This document shows, in pieces, positions 47,520 through 55,910 of a stretch of DNA of 64,000 bases (the first letter of the stretch is position 1; each line of letters opens with the position of its first letter). Location of the stretch: NCBI GenBank assembly GCA_041662545.1, contig JBAZSH010000004.1:1803-65802 (forward strand), in the 5' to 3' direction. Under the pieces are notes generated by a model. That model ran no database searches. It was not told where the DNA came from and saw nothing but the letters and a program-made list of their open reading frames with translations. Source of the DNA: Minisyncoccota bacterium. Lineage in GTDB: Bacteria; Patescibacteriota; Minisyncoccia; Phycocordibacterales; DSPV01. A program made the translations under genes and the position numbers.

Positions 47520-50500
47520 TTATGTTCACAAACAGAAAAAACTTTTTTATCATCCTTTACGTCATTACATTTATATTTGTGGGGCTGATTACTTTTGCTG
47601 TTCCGGTGAATAGTCAAACGGGGACAAATCTTATTACTTTTTTTGTCAATGGTAGTCCCCATTCTTACAATACATTAAATTCGAGTGGTAATAATATCAT
47701 TCAAGCAGTTGAAACTTCAGGACCGCCAAATACAGCAGGTGGCGCTGTTTCAAACCCTATTATATATCTTAACGAGGGCCAACCATACACACTTACCTAT
47801 ACACTTACTCTCAATTCAGGCACTGCTCCTAATATTCGATTGGTTAGTGGTCGAGATGGCAGAAGCAATTATACATATCCACAAAATTCTGGATTGAATA
47901 TTGTTGCGCAAACCGGAACTCGTTCTTATGTATTTACACCAACATTTGCAAGTGGATATTTAGAAGTTTCAGTTACCAGTGGTGCAAAAACAAACTTCTC
48001 TATGACAAATATCAGTGTTGTCTATTCGGGAACTATCAAGGAATATACAGGTAAGTATGTGATCGAGAGTCCGAGTTCGAGCCCTTTTGTTTCGTCAACT
48101 TGCCTAGATGGTTCGGCTCTAGTTGGTTTCAATCTTGACAATATGGGTGATAATTATAAAAAAATTGGCAGTTTGTATTGTTGGGGAACATCTGCAAATT
48201 TAGGAGATTTGGGACCCGTGACTCAACACTCAAATAAGTTTGTGGTTGAAAGTCCAAATCAGATTGATTTATCAACTTGTCCAAGCGGTTCGGTTTTAGT
48301 TGGATTCAATCTTGATGATATGGGTGACGATTATAAAAAAACCGGTAGTTTATATTGTCGTGAGTTTCAAGGTGGAACAGTAAATTTGGAAACTGTCACG
48401 AAGTACCCGAATAAATATGTAATTGAAAGTCCCTATCAAATGACTTGGGGGACTTGTCCAAATGAATCGGTTTTAGTTGGATTCAATCTTGATAATGTTG
48501 GTATAAATTTTTCCAGAACTGGTAGTTTGTATTGTCGTAAAATCACATTAGCTCCTCCTCCACCAACCAGCATCCCCCACTCCACCACTTTTAATTTGAC
48601 GGTAACGGAATCAACAAAGCCCGCGCCGACGAATGTTACTGTTGTACAAGGGCCTTGTAATGGAACAAGTGCGACAAGCGCATCGCTGGAAATCTCGTGG
48701 GATAAGATTCAAACAGCAAAAGAGTATAAATTATATAGAATACCGACAACTCCAGCCGAAAAAACTTCACCTGTTACCGTTGAACAGCCGACTTCTGGAG
48801 CAACAAAGGTGGTGTATCTTGATAAAGGTTTAGTCAGCAAAAGTGATCTTGGTTACGGCTATGAAATTTCAGCGGTGTATCCTAATGGAGAAAGCATAAA
48901 AGTAAAAAGTGTTCCTTGGGCTAATCCAACTAAAGAATGTCTGTCTAACGAGTCATCTGTATCTTTGTCTTGTTCCGGTATATCAGACTATCTTCCTGCT
49001 TGTGTGGTGGAATACAACAGTAGCTTGGTTGATGGTTTGGTAAGTTTAACTCCCATTGGTAGTGGTTGGAATTCCTGTACGCCAAGTTCAATTCCAACGC
49101 ACTCCGGCTGGAATGGGGGAATTGGAACATGGCTTGTCAGTACGCCTATTATTAACCCAGCTTATGTCTATCCAACATCCTCGAATCTTTTAGCTTATTA
49201 CAAATTTGACGACGGCACAGCGCCCGACTTTTCTGGTAGTGACAATAATGGAACAGTAAATGGCGCGACTGCCACAGCAGGGGAGTTTGATGGCGCCTTG
49301 TCTTTCAACGGAACGACTAATTATGTTGATACAAAAGATTTTAGTTTTAGCAAAGATGAAAGTTTTACTTTTAGTGTCTGGGCAAAGACCCCATCATTTA
49401 CGGCATCTAAAGTTATATTCGGTAAACCAAACCCCAATTGGGAATATACTTTTATGACAGACGGGACAAATGCTGTCCGGTTTGTGTATTGGAATACTAC
49501 TGGGAGCAGGGGGGCAATAGAAATGTATTCCCCTTCTAATTCATTCCCAAACAATACTTGGACTCATTTTGTAATTTCGTATAATGGCCCAGCAAAACAG
49601 GCAAAAATGTATATAAATGGAATTGAAAAAGCCAGTCATAGTAGTGTTAGTGATGCATTTCAAAATAGAACAAACAATCTATGGATTGGGGCTGGTTATT
49701 ACGCTTGGGCGCAAAGATATTTCAACGGAAGTATTGATGATTTCCGCATATACAATAGAGCACTAACGGCAAATGAAGTCCAAGCACTTTATTATAATGA
49801 CTTTAAAGCTTCGGGTGATAAATATGCTGCAGGCTCGCTAATTAAAAACCAATACGAGTTTAAATTCAGTTGTGAAAAGGATGGGGGATTGTCGTATGAC
49901 TTTGAAAAAGTAAATGTCTGCGTCAAACCACCCGTCGTGCCAATCACCGCAACGGCGCAAGATTCTTCCTCCATTAAAGTAGAATGGACCAAACCTAATA
50001 TTGACCCTGTTTTTGATTTAACTTATACCCTTAAGCGATGGAGCACTAATCCCAACGATAAATTCACTGTTTGTAGCGACAAAAACATAAACAAATGCAC
50101 TGATGATAATTTAAGTGCCAACACTAATTATACATACCAATTAGAAACCTCCACAACCAATTTATGCGGAACGGGATTGTTAACATCACTTTCAGCGACA
50201 AAAAATGTTACAACTCCTGTTCTTGTAATTCCTGATTTTAGCTTATCGGCCACTGGTCCAATCAAAATAACTTCCATTGGTAGCACTGCTGGTAAAAGTT
50301 CCACAGCTACAACTATAACAATCAACCCAAGTGATGGTTTTGACAAAAATGTCCAATTATCTCTTGAGTCTGTCACAAAAAACGGCGCGACAATTGAAAT
50401 AGCAAAATTTATTCCTAACTTTTCATACGACAATCTTGATAAGAATAAATATCTAACTGGCTCCACACTGACTATTAAATCTAATGAGATTAGTCCTATT

Positions 50501-50614
50501 GATGGCGGAAAATATATTCTAAAAATCAAGGGGGTGGGGGATGGGGTAGTGCCTAAATACGCGACAGTAGAGCTAACAGTCAACGCTTTCTCATTCTTCT
50601 ACCGAGAATATTGA
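47504..50614 (+). CDS. giant secreted protein (1036 aa). It has a threefold LVGFNLDxMGDxYKKxGSLYC repeat, FN3-like domains and a LamG/concanavalin-A-like lectin domain.
   Basis: It has an N-terminal TM/signal segment, three tandem ~60-aa repeats, and AYYKFDDG...FNGSIDDFRIYNRALTANEV (the Laminin_G_3 signature). Confidence 0.6.
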   Translation: MCCQLIMFTNRKNFFIILYVITFIFVGLITFAVPVNSQTGTNLITFFVNGSPHSYNTLNSSGNNIIQAVETSGPPNTAGGAVSNPIIYLNEGQPYTLTYTLTLNSGTAPNIRLVSGRDGRSNYTYPQNSGLNIVAQTGTRSYVFTPTFASGYLEVSVTSGAKTNFSMTNISVVYSGTIKEYTGKYVIESPSSSPFVSSTCLDGSALVGFNLDNMGDNYKKIGSLYCWGTSANLGDLGPVTQHSNKFVVESPNQIDLSTCPSGSVLVGFNLDDMGDDYKKTGSLYCREFQGGTVNLETVTKYPNKYVIESPYQMTWGTCPNESVLVGFNLDNVGINFSRTGSLYCRKITLAPPPPTSIPHSTTFNLTVTESTKPAPTNVTVVQGPCNGTSATSASLEISWDKIQTAKEYKLYRIPTTPAEKTSPVTVEQPTSGATKVVYLDKGLVSKSDLGYGYEISAVYPNGESIKVKSVPWANPTKECLSNESSVSLSCSGISDYLPACVVEYNSSLVDGLVSLTPIGSGWNSCTPSSIPTHSGWNGGIGTWLVSTPIINPAYVYPTSSNLLAYYKFDDGTAPDFSGSDNNGTVNGATATAGEFDGALSFNGTTNYVDTKDFSFSKDESFTFSVWAKTPSFTASKVIFGKPNPNWEYTFMTDGTNAVRFVYWNTTGSRGAIEMYSPSNSFPNNTWTHFVISYNGPAKQAKMYINGIEKASHSSVSDAFQNRTNNLWIGAGYYAWAQRYFNGSIDDFRIYNRALTANEVQALYYNDFKASGDKYAAGSLIKNQYEFKFSCEKDGGLSYDFEKVNVCVKPPVVPITATAQDSSSIKVEWTKPNIDPVFDLTYTLKRWSTNPNDKFTVCSDKNINKCTDDNLSANTNYTYQLETSTTNLCGTGLLTSLSATKNVTTPVLVIPDFSLSATGPIKITSIGSTAGKSSTATTITINPSDGFDKNVQLSLESVTKNGATIEIAKFIPNFSYDNLDKNKYLTGSTLTIKSNEISPIDGGKYILKIKGVGDGVVPKYATVELTVNAFSFFYREY

Positions 50615-50718
50615 CTTTTGTCTTAAAAAATGTTCTGTTGTTGCTTTAGCTTTCTTTTTGTTGTATCATTACGATAGAAGATGCTTGTCAACAACAAACA
50701 ATGGGAGGAGAGTAAGCT

Positions 50719-51762
50719 ATGAAAAGATTAGTGTTTTTTGCCTTTATTTTAGTGGCAGGGGCGCTCTTCGCTTCCGCCGCTATTTACCCAAATCGGGTTA
50801 ACTGGCTTCCAACAACGGAAGTGGACATCGTGTCCTACAAACGCGCGGAGATCAACAAAATCCGGATCAATCTCTATGTGTTGAATGTTAACGGAAATTA
50901 CAACCCTGTTGATGTTTCCGCCAACACTGGATTATACAGATGGAAGGTAGCAAGTTGGGATCTTGAAGGGGTAACTTCCAACAAGATTTCGTCCTACTTG
51001 AACAGTTTTCTTGCGGGCGATGACCCTGGAACCAATTCCTACTATGTGATGATTACGTGGGAGGCGTGGTATGACTCCGATGGGATTTCCTGCACTTTTG
51101 CTCCGAATGGTTTTTGGGGCATAAACCAAGTTCTTGGAACCCAAGTGATAGCCAAGTCCCCGATGTTCTATTTTCCGAGATTGAACGGCAAACCGGTTAT
51201 TCCGGCAGAAGCGTTTAACTTGTCGGCAAACTGGACTTCAGGATACGCTGGAATTCCAGCAATCGGTAAAGGAATCAAGTGGGTGGATTACTTGGGACCA
51301 GTGTGTGGATACATTCCAACAAAAAATGGTGGCAATCCGACTGGTTTCCCAGGAAATCAAAACAATGGGTTCATCTATGTAAGCACCCAGACAATCTTAG
51401 ATGCCGCCAAGGTTGCCAAAGAGACGGGAGAGAAAGCCACCTTTACCGTCTGGTACGACGAAAGTCGGACCGACGGCACCGAGTGGAATCTCGCCAACAG
51501 TGTGAAGCGGGAGATTATCCCGCCACAACTCTCCATCAGCGGTCCTGAAAACGGACTGCTGAAAATCGCGTTTTCCGGCATTTTGTCCGGAAGCGCTTAC
51601 ACATTGGAGCGTTCTCCGATGCCAAGCTTTCCGACGACAAACATCGTTGGAACAGTTATCTCGGACACAAACGGGATTGCGGTTTGGTACTACAATCTAG
51701 TTCTCGCTCCGAGAATGTTCTTTAGAGCTCGTCCCGCGACAAGCGGAGAAACGGCTCGCTAA
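50719..51762 (+). CDS. secreted hypothetical protein on a GC-rich islet
   Basis: There is a strong SD site GGGAGGAG upstream. It has a signal peptide. The GC content is about 52%. A terminator follows at 51792. Confidence 0.55.
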   Translation: MKRLVFFAFILVAGALFASAAIYPNRVNWLPTTEVDIVSYKRAEINKIRINLYVLNVNGNYNPVDVSANTGLYRWKVASWDLEGVTSNKISSYLNSFLAGDDPGTNSYYVMITWEAWYDSDGISCTFAPNGFWGINQVLGTQVIAKSPMFYFPRLNGKPVIPAEAFNLSANWTSGYAGIPAIGKGIKWVDYLGPVCGYIPTKNGGNPTGFPGNQNNGFIYVSTQTILDAAKVAKETGEKATFTVWYDESRTDGTEWNLANSVKREIIPPQLSISGPENGLLKIAFSGILSGSAYTLERSPMPSFPTTNIVGTVISDTNGIAVWYYNLVLAPRMFFRARPATSGETAR

Positions 51763-51791
51763 GTCAAGGCCTTACCTTGACCTAACTATCA

Positions 51792-51821
51792 CCCCCCGAT
51801 GCTCATCGGGGGGATTTTTTA
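51792..51821 (+). terminator. intrinsic terminator
   Basis: CCCCCCGATG-ct-CATCGGGGGG is followed by ATTTTTT. Confidence 0.7.
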
Positions 51822-51847
51822 TTAATTTTTTGGTCTAATGGTAAATA

Positions 51848-53449
51848 CTATTTCTTTCCACTCAAACCAAACCTTACATCCCACATTTCTGGTAGATTAT
51901 GTTTTTTGTGCCATTCCAAGTACAAATCATCAGCGCTCATTGTGATGTAATCACCTTGCGAATAGCCAAGACCAGAAGCAATCTTATGAATATCTTCAGG
52001 TTTACCCTCTATTTCAATCCAGCAACCAAATGGGTATAAATCAAGAGTTATTTCAGAAGAAGTTTTATCTATAAACAATACCCTGATCTTCTCGTAAGAA
52101 TTTTCTTCCACAAAATCTCCTTGAAGAGATATCATGGCAAGTGCTTCATCAAAACAATTTCCCTTATATACTATTTCCTCAATTTCCTTTTTTACCCCAT
52201 TTTCAATAGAAACTCGATACTTGTTGGTAGCGTCGATACTCTGAAACTCAAAATTATCTAGAATCCGAAGACGAATTTTCTTTTTATCTTCTTTTCTGCC
52301 ATAAACGATATCGCGAATATATTCAGTTCTGGAATAAGAGGTAATTTTTCTAATCTTTTTCAAAACTGAAGAAATGTCTGATACGGGAAGTTTTATTTCT
52401 TGTTCCGTGTGAGAATGGTCGCGTTGCACAACATAAGTCACTTTCTTGCCATCTTCCAAAACTGGAAGTGGATGTAAACTGGGGGGAGTTATAGTCCTGA
52501 AAACCTCCACAACCAACATAGTGGGGAAATTGGGATGAGTTTTGATAATATCAACTTCGTGATGATCTTCAGGTATTGTTGTTACATGTTGGTAGTAGAT
52601 TTTTTCTTTAATTTTTATGGGAATAAATTTATGTCTTAAATCTTTTACTAAGAGTGGCTTATTAATTCCACCAGCAATAGTAGTACTTTTCGTCTTTGAA
52701 TACATTGGCATGGTTGTTGTAAAAAGAGCTTCTATCCCTTTTGATTTATAGTGTTTGGCGACCAAACCATCCATTAAAGAGATGGCATTAGTGGGAGAGC
52801 CCGGTAAAGTATAAAATCGGGTCAGTTCAATGGCCTTATTTGGATCAATTCCATTCGCAAGTAAAGCGTCTCTTTTGTATTGTTTTGCTATGGCCGATGG
52901 CTCAGTGGTTTCAATAGCCCACGGCATGTCATCACCCGAAAAGTAAAAACCGAAAGTCTCTCCTCTGGGACGGTCTCGGTGTATATAATGTAAGTCACTT
53001 GAAAATAACGAAATAATTCTCTCATCGTGAACAATTCTAAACTCAACATTGAAAGACCTGTTCGCATTTTTTGCAACCAACTTTTCGTTTTCCCAACATA
53101 ATTCCAGTCGATCTTTTACATTAAGATCATGATATTTTCCTTTTAATCCTCGGAAAAGATACTCCAAATCGAAATTTGATTTTTCAAGGCGATTTTCAAT
53201 TAATTTCAGTTGTTCTTCAATAATAAACTGAATCACCTCGTCGGTAATATCTTTAGGGTCAAAAGTTGTTAATCTGAATAAGGTTTGATGTTCCAAATCT
53301 TGAGGGTCATATAATTTATCTTTTGGTAAAAACAAATTAACCTTTTTTCTTAATTCAGAAATAGTCGAATTTGATCCCCACATCTTTTCCAAATCATAGT
53401 TAATGACATTTAAGGAGAGTCTTTTCTGCTGTTCTTTAAGAGATGCCAT
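51848..53449 (-). CDS. hypothetical 533-aa protein with a C-terminal CYTH (triphosphate tunnel metalloenzyme / CyaB-like) domain, AT-rich
   Basis: In the C-terminal ~170 aa, EYIRDIVYGRKEDKKKIRLRIL...EITLDLYPFGCWIEIEG resembles the CYTH pattern. The N-terminal 350 aa are unassigned. Confidence 0.4.
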   Translation of the reverse strand: MASLKEQQKRLSLNVINYDLEKMWGSNSTISELRKKVNLFLPKDKLYDPQDLEHQTLFRLTTFDPKDITDEVIQFIIEEQLKLIENRLEKSNFDLEYLFRGLKGKYHDLNVKDRLELCWENEKLVAKNANRSFNVEFRIVHDERIISLFSSDLHYIHRDRPRGETFGFYFSGDDMPWAIETTEPSAIAKQYKRDALLANGIDPNKAIELTRFYTLPGSPTNAISLMDGLVAKHYKSKGIEALFTTTMPMYSKTKSTTIAGGINKPLLVKDLRHKFIPIKIKEKIYYQHVTTIPEDHHEVDIIKTHPNFPTMLVVEVFRTITPPSLHPLPVLEDGKKVTYVVQRDHSHTEQEIKLPVSDISSVLKKIRKITSYSRTEYIRDIVYGRKEDKKKIRLRILDNFEFQSIDATNKYRVSIENGVKKEIEEIVYKGNCFDEALAMISLQGDFVEENSYEKIRVLFIDKTSSEITLDLYPFGCWIEIEGKPEDIHKIASGLGYSQGDYITMSADDLYLEWHKKHNLPEMWDVRFGLSGKK

Positions 53450-53455
53450 GATAGA

Positions 53456-53974
53456 ATGTTTAATAATAACTCAATAACCTCAATGACAACTATATCACAC
53501 AGAGATAATGCCGAAAAGTATGAAGATGACCTAAAACGAACAGCAGGCGACGCTTTATTTGCTATTTCAAAAATGCCAAAGCCTGTTATTTTGTTTTCTG
53601 GACCGATATCGACTGGTGGTTTTGGTTCTGTCGCAAACAACATAGAATGTCTATTATCTTTTATTTCTGAAAGCTCAAAAAGGGAAATTTCGGTATTCAA
53701 TCAAATCGTATATGAAAGACGGCTTGATTGTATTTTGAAAGACCATAAAGATTACGACTATCCTTTACTAAATTATTTTTATAAACCAATTCTAGAATCT
53801 AGAAAAATAAATGGGTTAGTTTTTTTACCTCTTTGGCAATCAAGTGTTGGAAGCACATGGGAACATAATTTTGCGACATCGATTGGAATCCCAATATTTT
53901 ATTCGGAACACATGCTTGTTGAAGAAGTTGAAAAATTTTACTCGGACTTGAAAAATAAAATTAAACCTTTTTAA
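53456..53974 (+). CDS. nucleoside 2-deoxyribosyltransferase-like / DUF4406-like Rossmann protein, transcribed divergently from the CYTH protein
   Basis: PVILFSGPISTGG...VFLPLWQSSVGSTWEHNFATSIGIPIFY resembles the NDT/DUF4406 pattern (a glycine-rich start and a conserved E). Confidence 0.35.
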   Translation: MFNNNSITSMTTISHRDNAEKYEDDLKRTAGDALFAISKMPKPVILFSGPISTGGFGSVANNIECLLSFISESSKREISVFNQIVYERRLDCILKDHKDYDYPLLNYFYKPILESRKINGLVFLPLWQSSVGSTWEHNFATSIGIPIFYSEHMLVEEVEKFYSDLKNKIKPF

Positions 53975-54089
53975 CAGATACTGGCGATAGCAAATTTAGG
54001 TTAGATTTTATTTTCATAAATAATTTTAAAAATCTTGCTTAAAAAGGAAAAAAGAGATAAAGTTTATAAAGTAAAAAATTTATTTATAC

Positions 54090-54165
54090 GCTGGGATAGC
54101 TCAGTTAGTAGAGCATTCGCCTGAAGAGCGAAGGGTCCCCGGTGCAAACCCGGGTCCCAGCACCA
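54090..54165 (+). tRNA. tRNA-Phe (anticodon GAA), with the 3' CCA encoded
   Basis: It has the acceptor pair GCTGGGA/TCCCAGC, an anticodon loop CTGAAGA and the T-arm CCCGGTGCAAACCCGGG. Confidence 0.85.
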
Positions 54166-54283
54166 AAAAAGTTAGTTTCAAAAAAATTCTAGCGCAAGGG
54201 TAGGGGTGCGCGATTGATGGCTGTCTCGTCTCAAAATGTATATTGTGCGACACGACTATATATTATTCCTGCGCCGCCATATC

Positions 54284-54490
54284 CTACTTATCTTTGCCAA
54301 TTAAACCACTTGCCTTCTCCCAAACCCAACCCAAACCGGCTTTGGTGACACTCCAGGCATAACCTAAATTTTTCTGAATCAGCGGCGATTTTATCCGCTC
54401 CTCAATGTCCACACCAAACAAACTCAAAATCACGAGAGAAATAACTATAGCCAAAATCATTTTTACAAACCCTCCCCTATTTTTATTCAT
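54284..54490 (-). CDS. small hypothetical membrane protein
   Basis: It is 68 aa with one TM helix and a Trp-rich C-terminus. Confidence 0.3.
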   Translation of the reverse strand: MNKNRGGFVKMILAIVISLVILSLFGVDIEERIKSPLIQKNLGYAWSVTKAGLGWVWEKASGLIGKDK

Positions 54491-54526
54491 ATTTTTTAAC
54501 TACATACTAATAATACTGAGACAAAT

Positions 54527-54634
54527 TCGTTGAAGGTGCATATTTTTTGGAGGCTTGCGAGCGCGACTGGCGCGAGCACGAGGAAAATTTCAGTAGAAAT
54601 TTATCCGTGCTCCAGAAAAATATGTGCCGAAAAA
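54527..54634. repeat. copy 2 of the duplicated ~108-bp non-coding element
   Basis: See copy 1 at 45489..45596. The two copies are about 88% identical. Confidence 0.6.
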
Positions 54635-54644
54635 GAATTTGTCC

Positions 54645-55910
54645 TCATAAATACCTCAGTGGATCCAAATACGCCTTCGGATCGGCAATCGGCATATGAT
54701 AAACACCACCGCACACCTTACTCTTCCTATCCATCACCTGCACACCTTGAGTTGCGTAAACCGTAAAGTGAAGGTGAGGTCCCGTCGAGTAACCAGTCGC
54801 CCCGCTGTAACCGATAACCGCCCCCGTCGCCACCGGCTCTCCTTCACTGACTTTTATTAATGAGAAGTGAGCATATAAAGTTGACAGGCCATTGTTGTGT
54901 TCAATCAAAACCCATTTGCCATAGGAAGCGTTGGGGCAAACTTGATCGGTGTCGCCAGCACCCTTCACTACCCCATCCAGCGCCGCTTTGACTGGCGTGC
55001 CAACCGAAGCCCGAAAATCCACGCCGTTATGTCCATAACCATTATACACCCCAGGATTAGCGCTGGAAAACGGCGTCGTGCCAAATTTTTGAGTGATATA
55101 AACATTATCCAACGGCCAATGTAAAACACCTGAACCGTAAGCCGGCAATCTCGTCGAGTCAATGGCAATATTAAGAGCAAATTCAAAATCTGCCAATTCT
55201 TTTTCAAAAGCATCCTTAAGCGCCTGTTTTTCCGCCAAAGTTTTCTGATAATTAGCTTCTTTACTTTTAGTTACCGAAAGCAAAGTGTTGGTTTGATTTT
55301 TATTGTATTCAATAATTGATTTCTGGTCGGTTAAATTGCTACGGAAAGTTACCAAATTTTTCTTCTTCGCTTCCTCCGATCTTTTGTCCATTTCTAAACC
55401 GGCTTTAAGTATCTTAATCGCTTCCAACGCTTCGCCCACACCAGTCTTAAGCTGACTCATCGCCTCCAAATCATTCCAAAGTGTTGAAAAATTTCCACTA
55501 AGGGCAGCTTCCACAAGGGTGTTACCTTCCAATTGATAAATCTGGCGAATGGTACTGGCAATTTCTTGCCGCCGAGTCACAATATCCGCTTCTTTGTGAT
55601 GAATAGCCAAACCCAATTCTTCAATACTCAAAGACGCAGAGGCAATTTGATTTTCTGTCACCTTAAGCTCGGCGGCGAGTTTTTTCCTGGTATTTTCCAA
55701 CTCATTAATTTTCGTCTGTAGGGTCTGTTTTTCTGCCCCAGCCACCAAAAGTTTTTCTTGGTAAACGGCAATTTCCTTTTCCAAATCAGCAATAGCATTA
55801 CTTCGTTCAAAAATTTTTGCTTGTAATTCATCAATAGTCGCCGCCCTACCCACCAACGGCACCACAAAGAAAAAAACTGCCAAGAAAAAAATTACGAAAT
55901 TCTTTGTCAT
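54645..55910 (-). CDS. M23-family peptidoglycan metalloendopeptidase with an N-terminal coiled-coil domain
   Basis: HNGVDFRASVGTPVKAALDG...GYSGATGYSTGPHLHFTVY is the LytM/M23 signature. It has a signal peptide. Confidence 0.8.
   Translation of the reverse strand: MTKNFVIFFLAVFFFVVPLVGRAATIDELQAKIFERSNAIADLEKEIAVYQEKLLVAGAEKQTLQTKINELENTRKKLAAELKVTENQIASASLSIEELGLAIHHKEADIVTRRQEIASTIRQIYQLEGNTLVEAALSGNFSTLWNDLEAMSQLKTGVGEALEAIKILKAGLEMDKRSEEAKKKNLVTFRSNLTDQKSIIEYNKNQTNTLLSVTKSKEANYQKTLAEKQALKDAFEKELADFEFALNIAIDSTRLPAYGSGVLHWPLDNVYITQKFGTTPFSSANPGVYNGYGHNGVDFRASVGTPVKAALDGVVKGAGDTDQVCPNASYGKWVLIEHNNGLSTLYAHFSLIKVSEGEPVATGAVIGYSGATGYSTGPHLHFTVYATQGVQVMDRKSKVCGGVYHMPIADPKAYLDPLRYL

Noticed and set aside
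54530-54766. 78-aa ORF reading through copy 2 of the duplicated element
   Set aside because: Same reasoning as above. The ORF runs antisense into the 3' end of the M23 peptidase gene.
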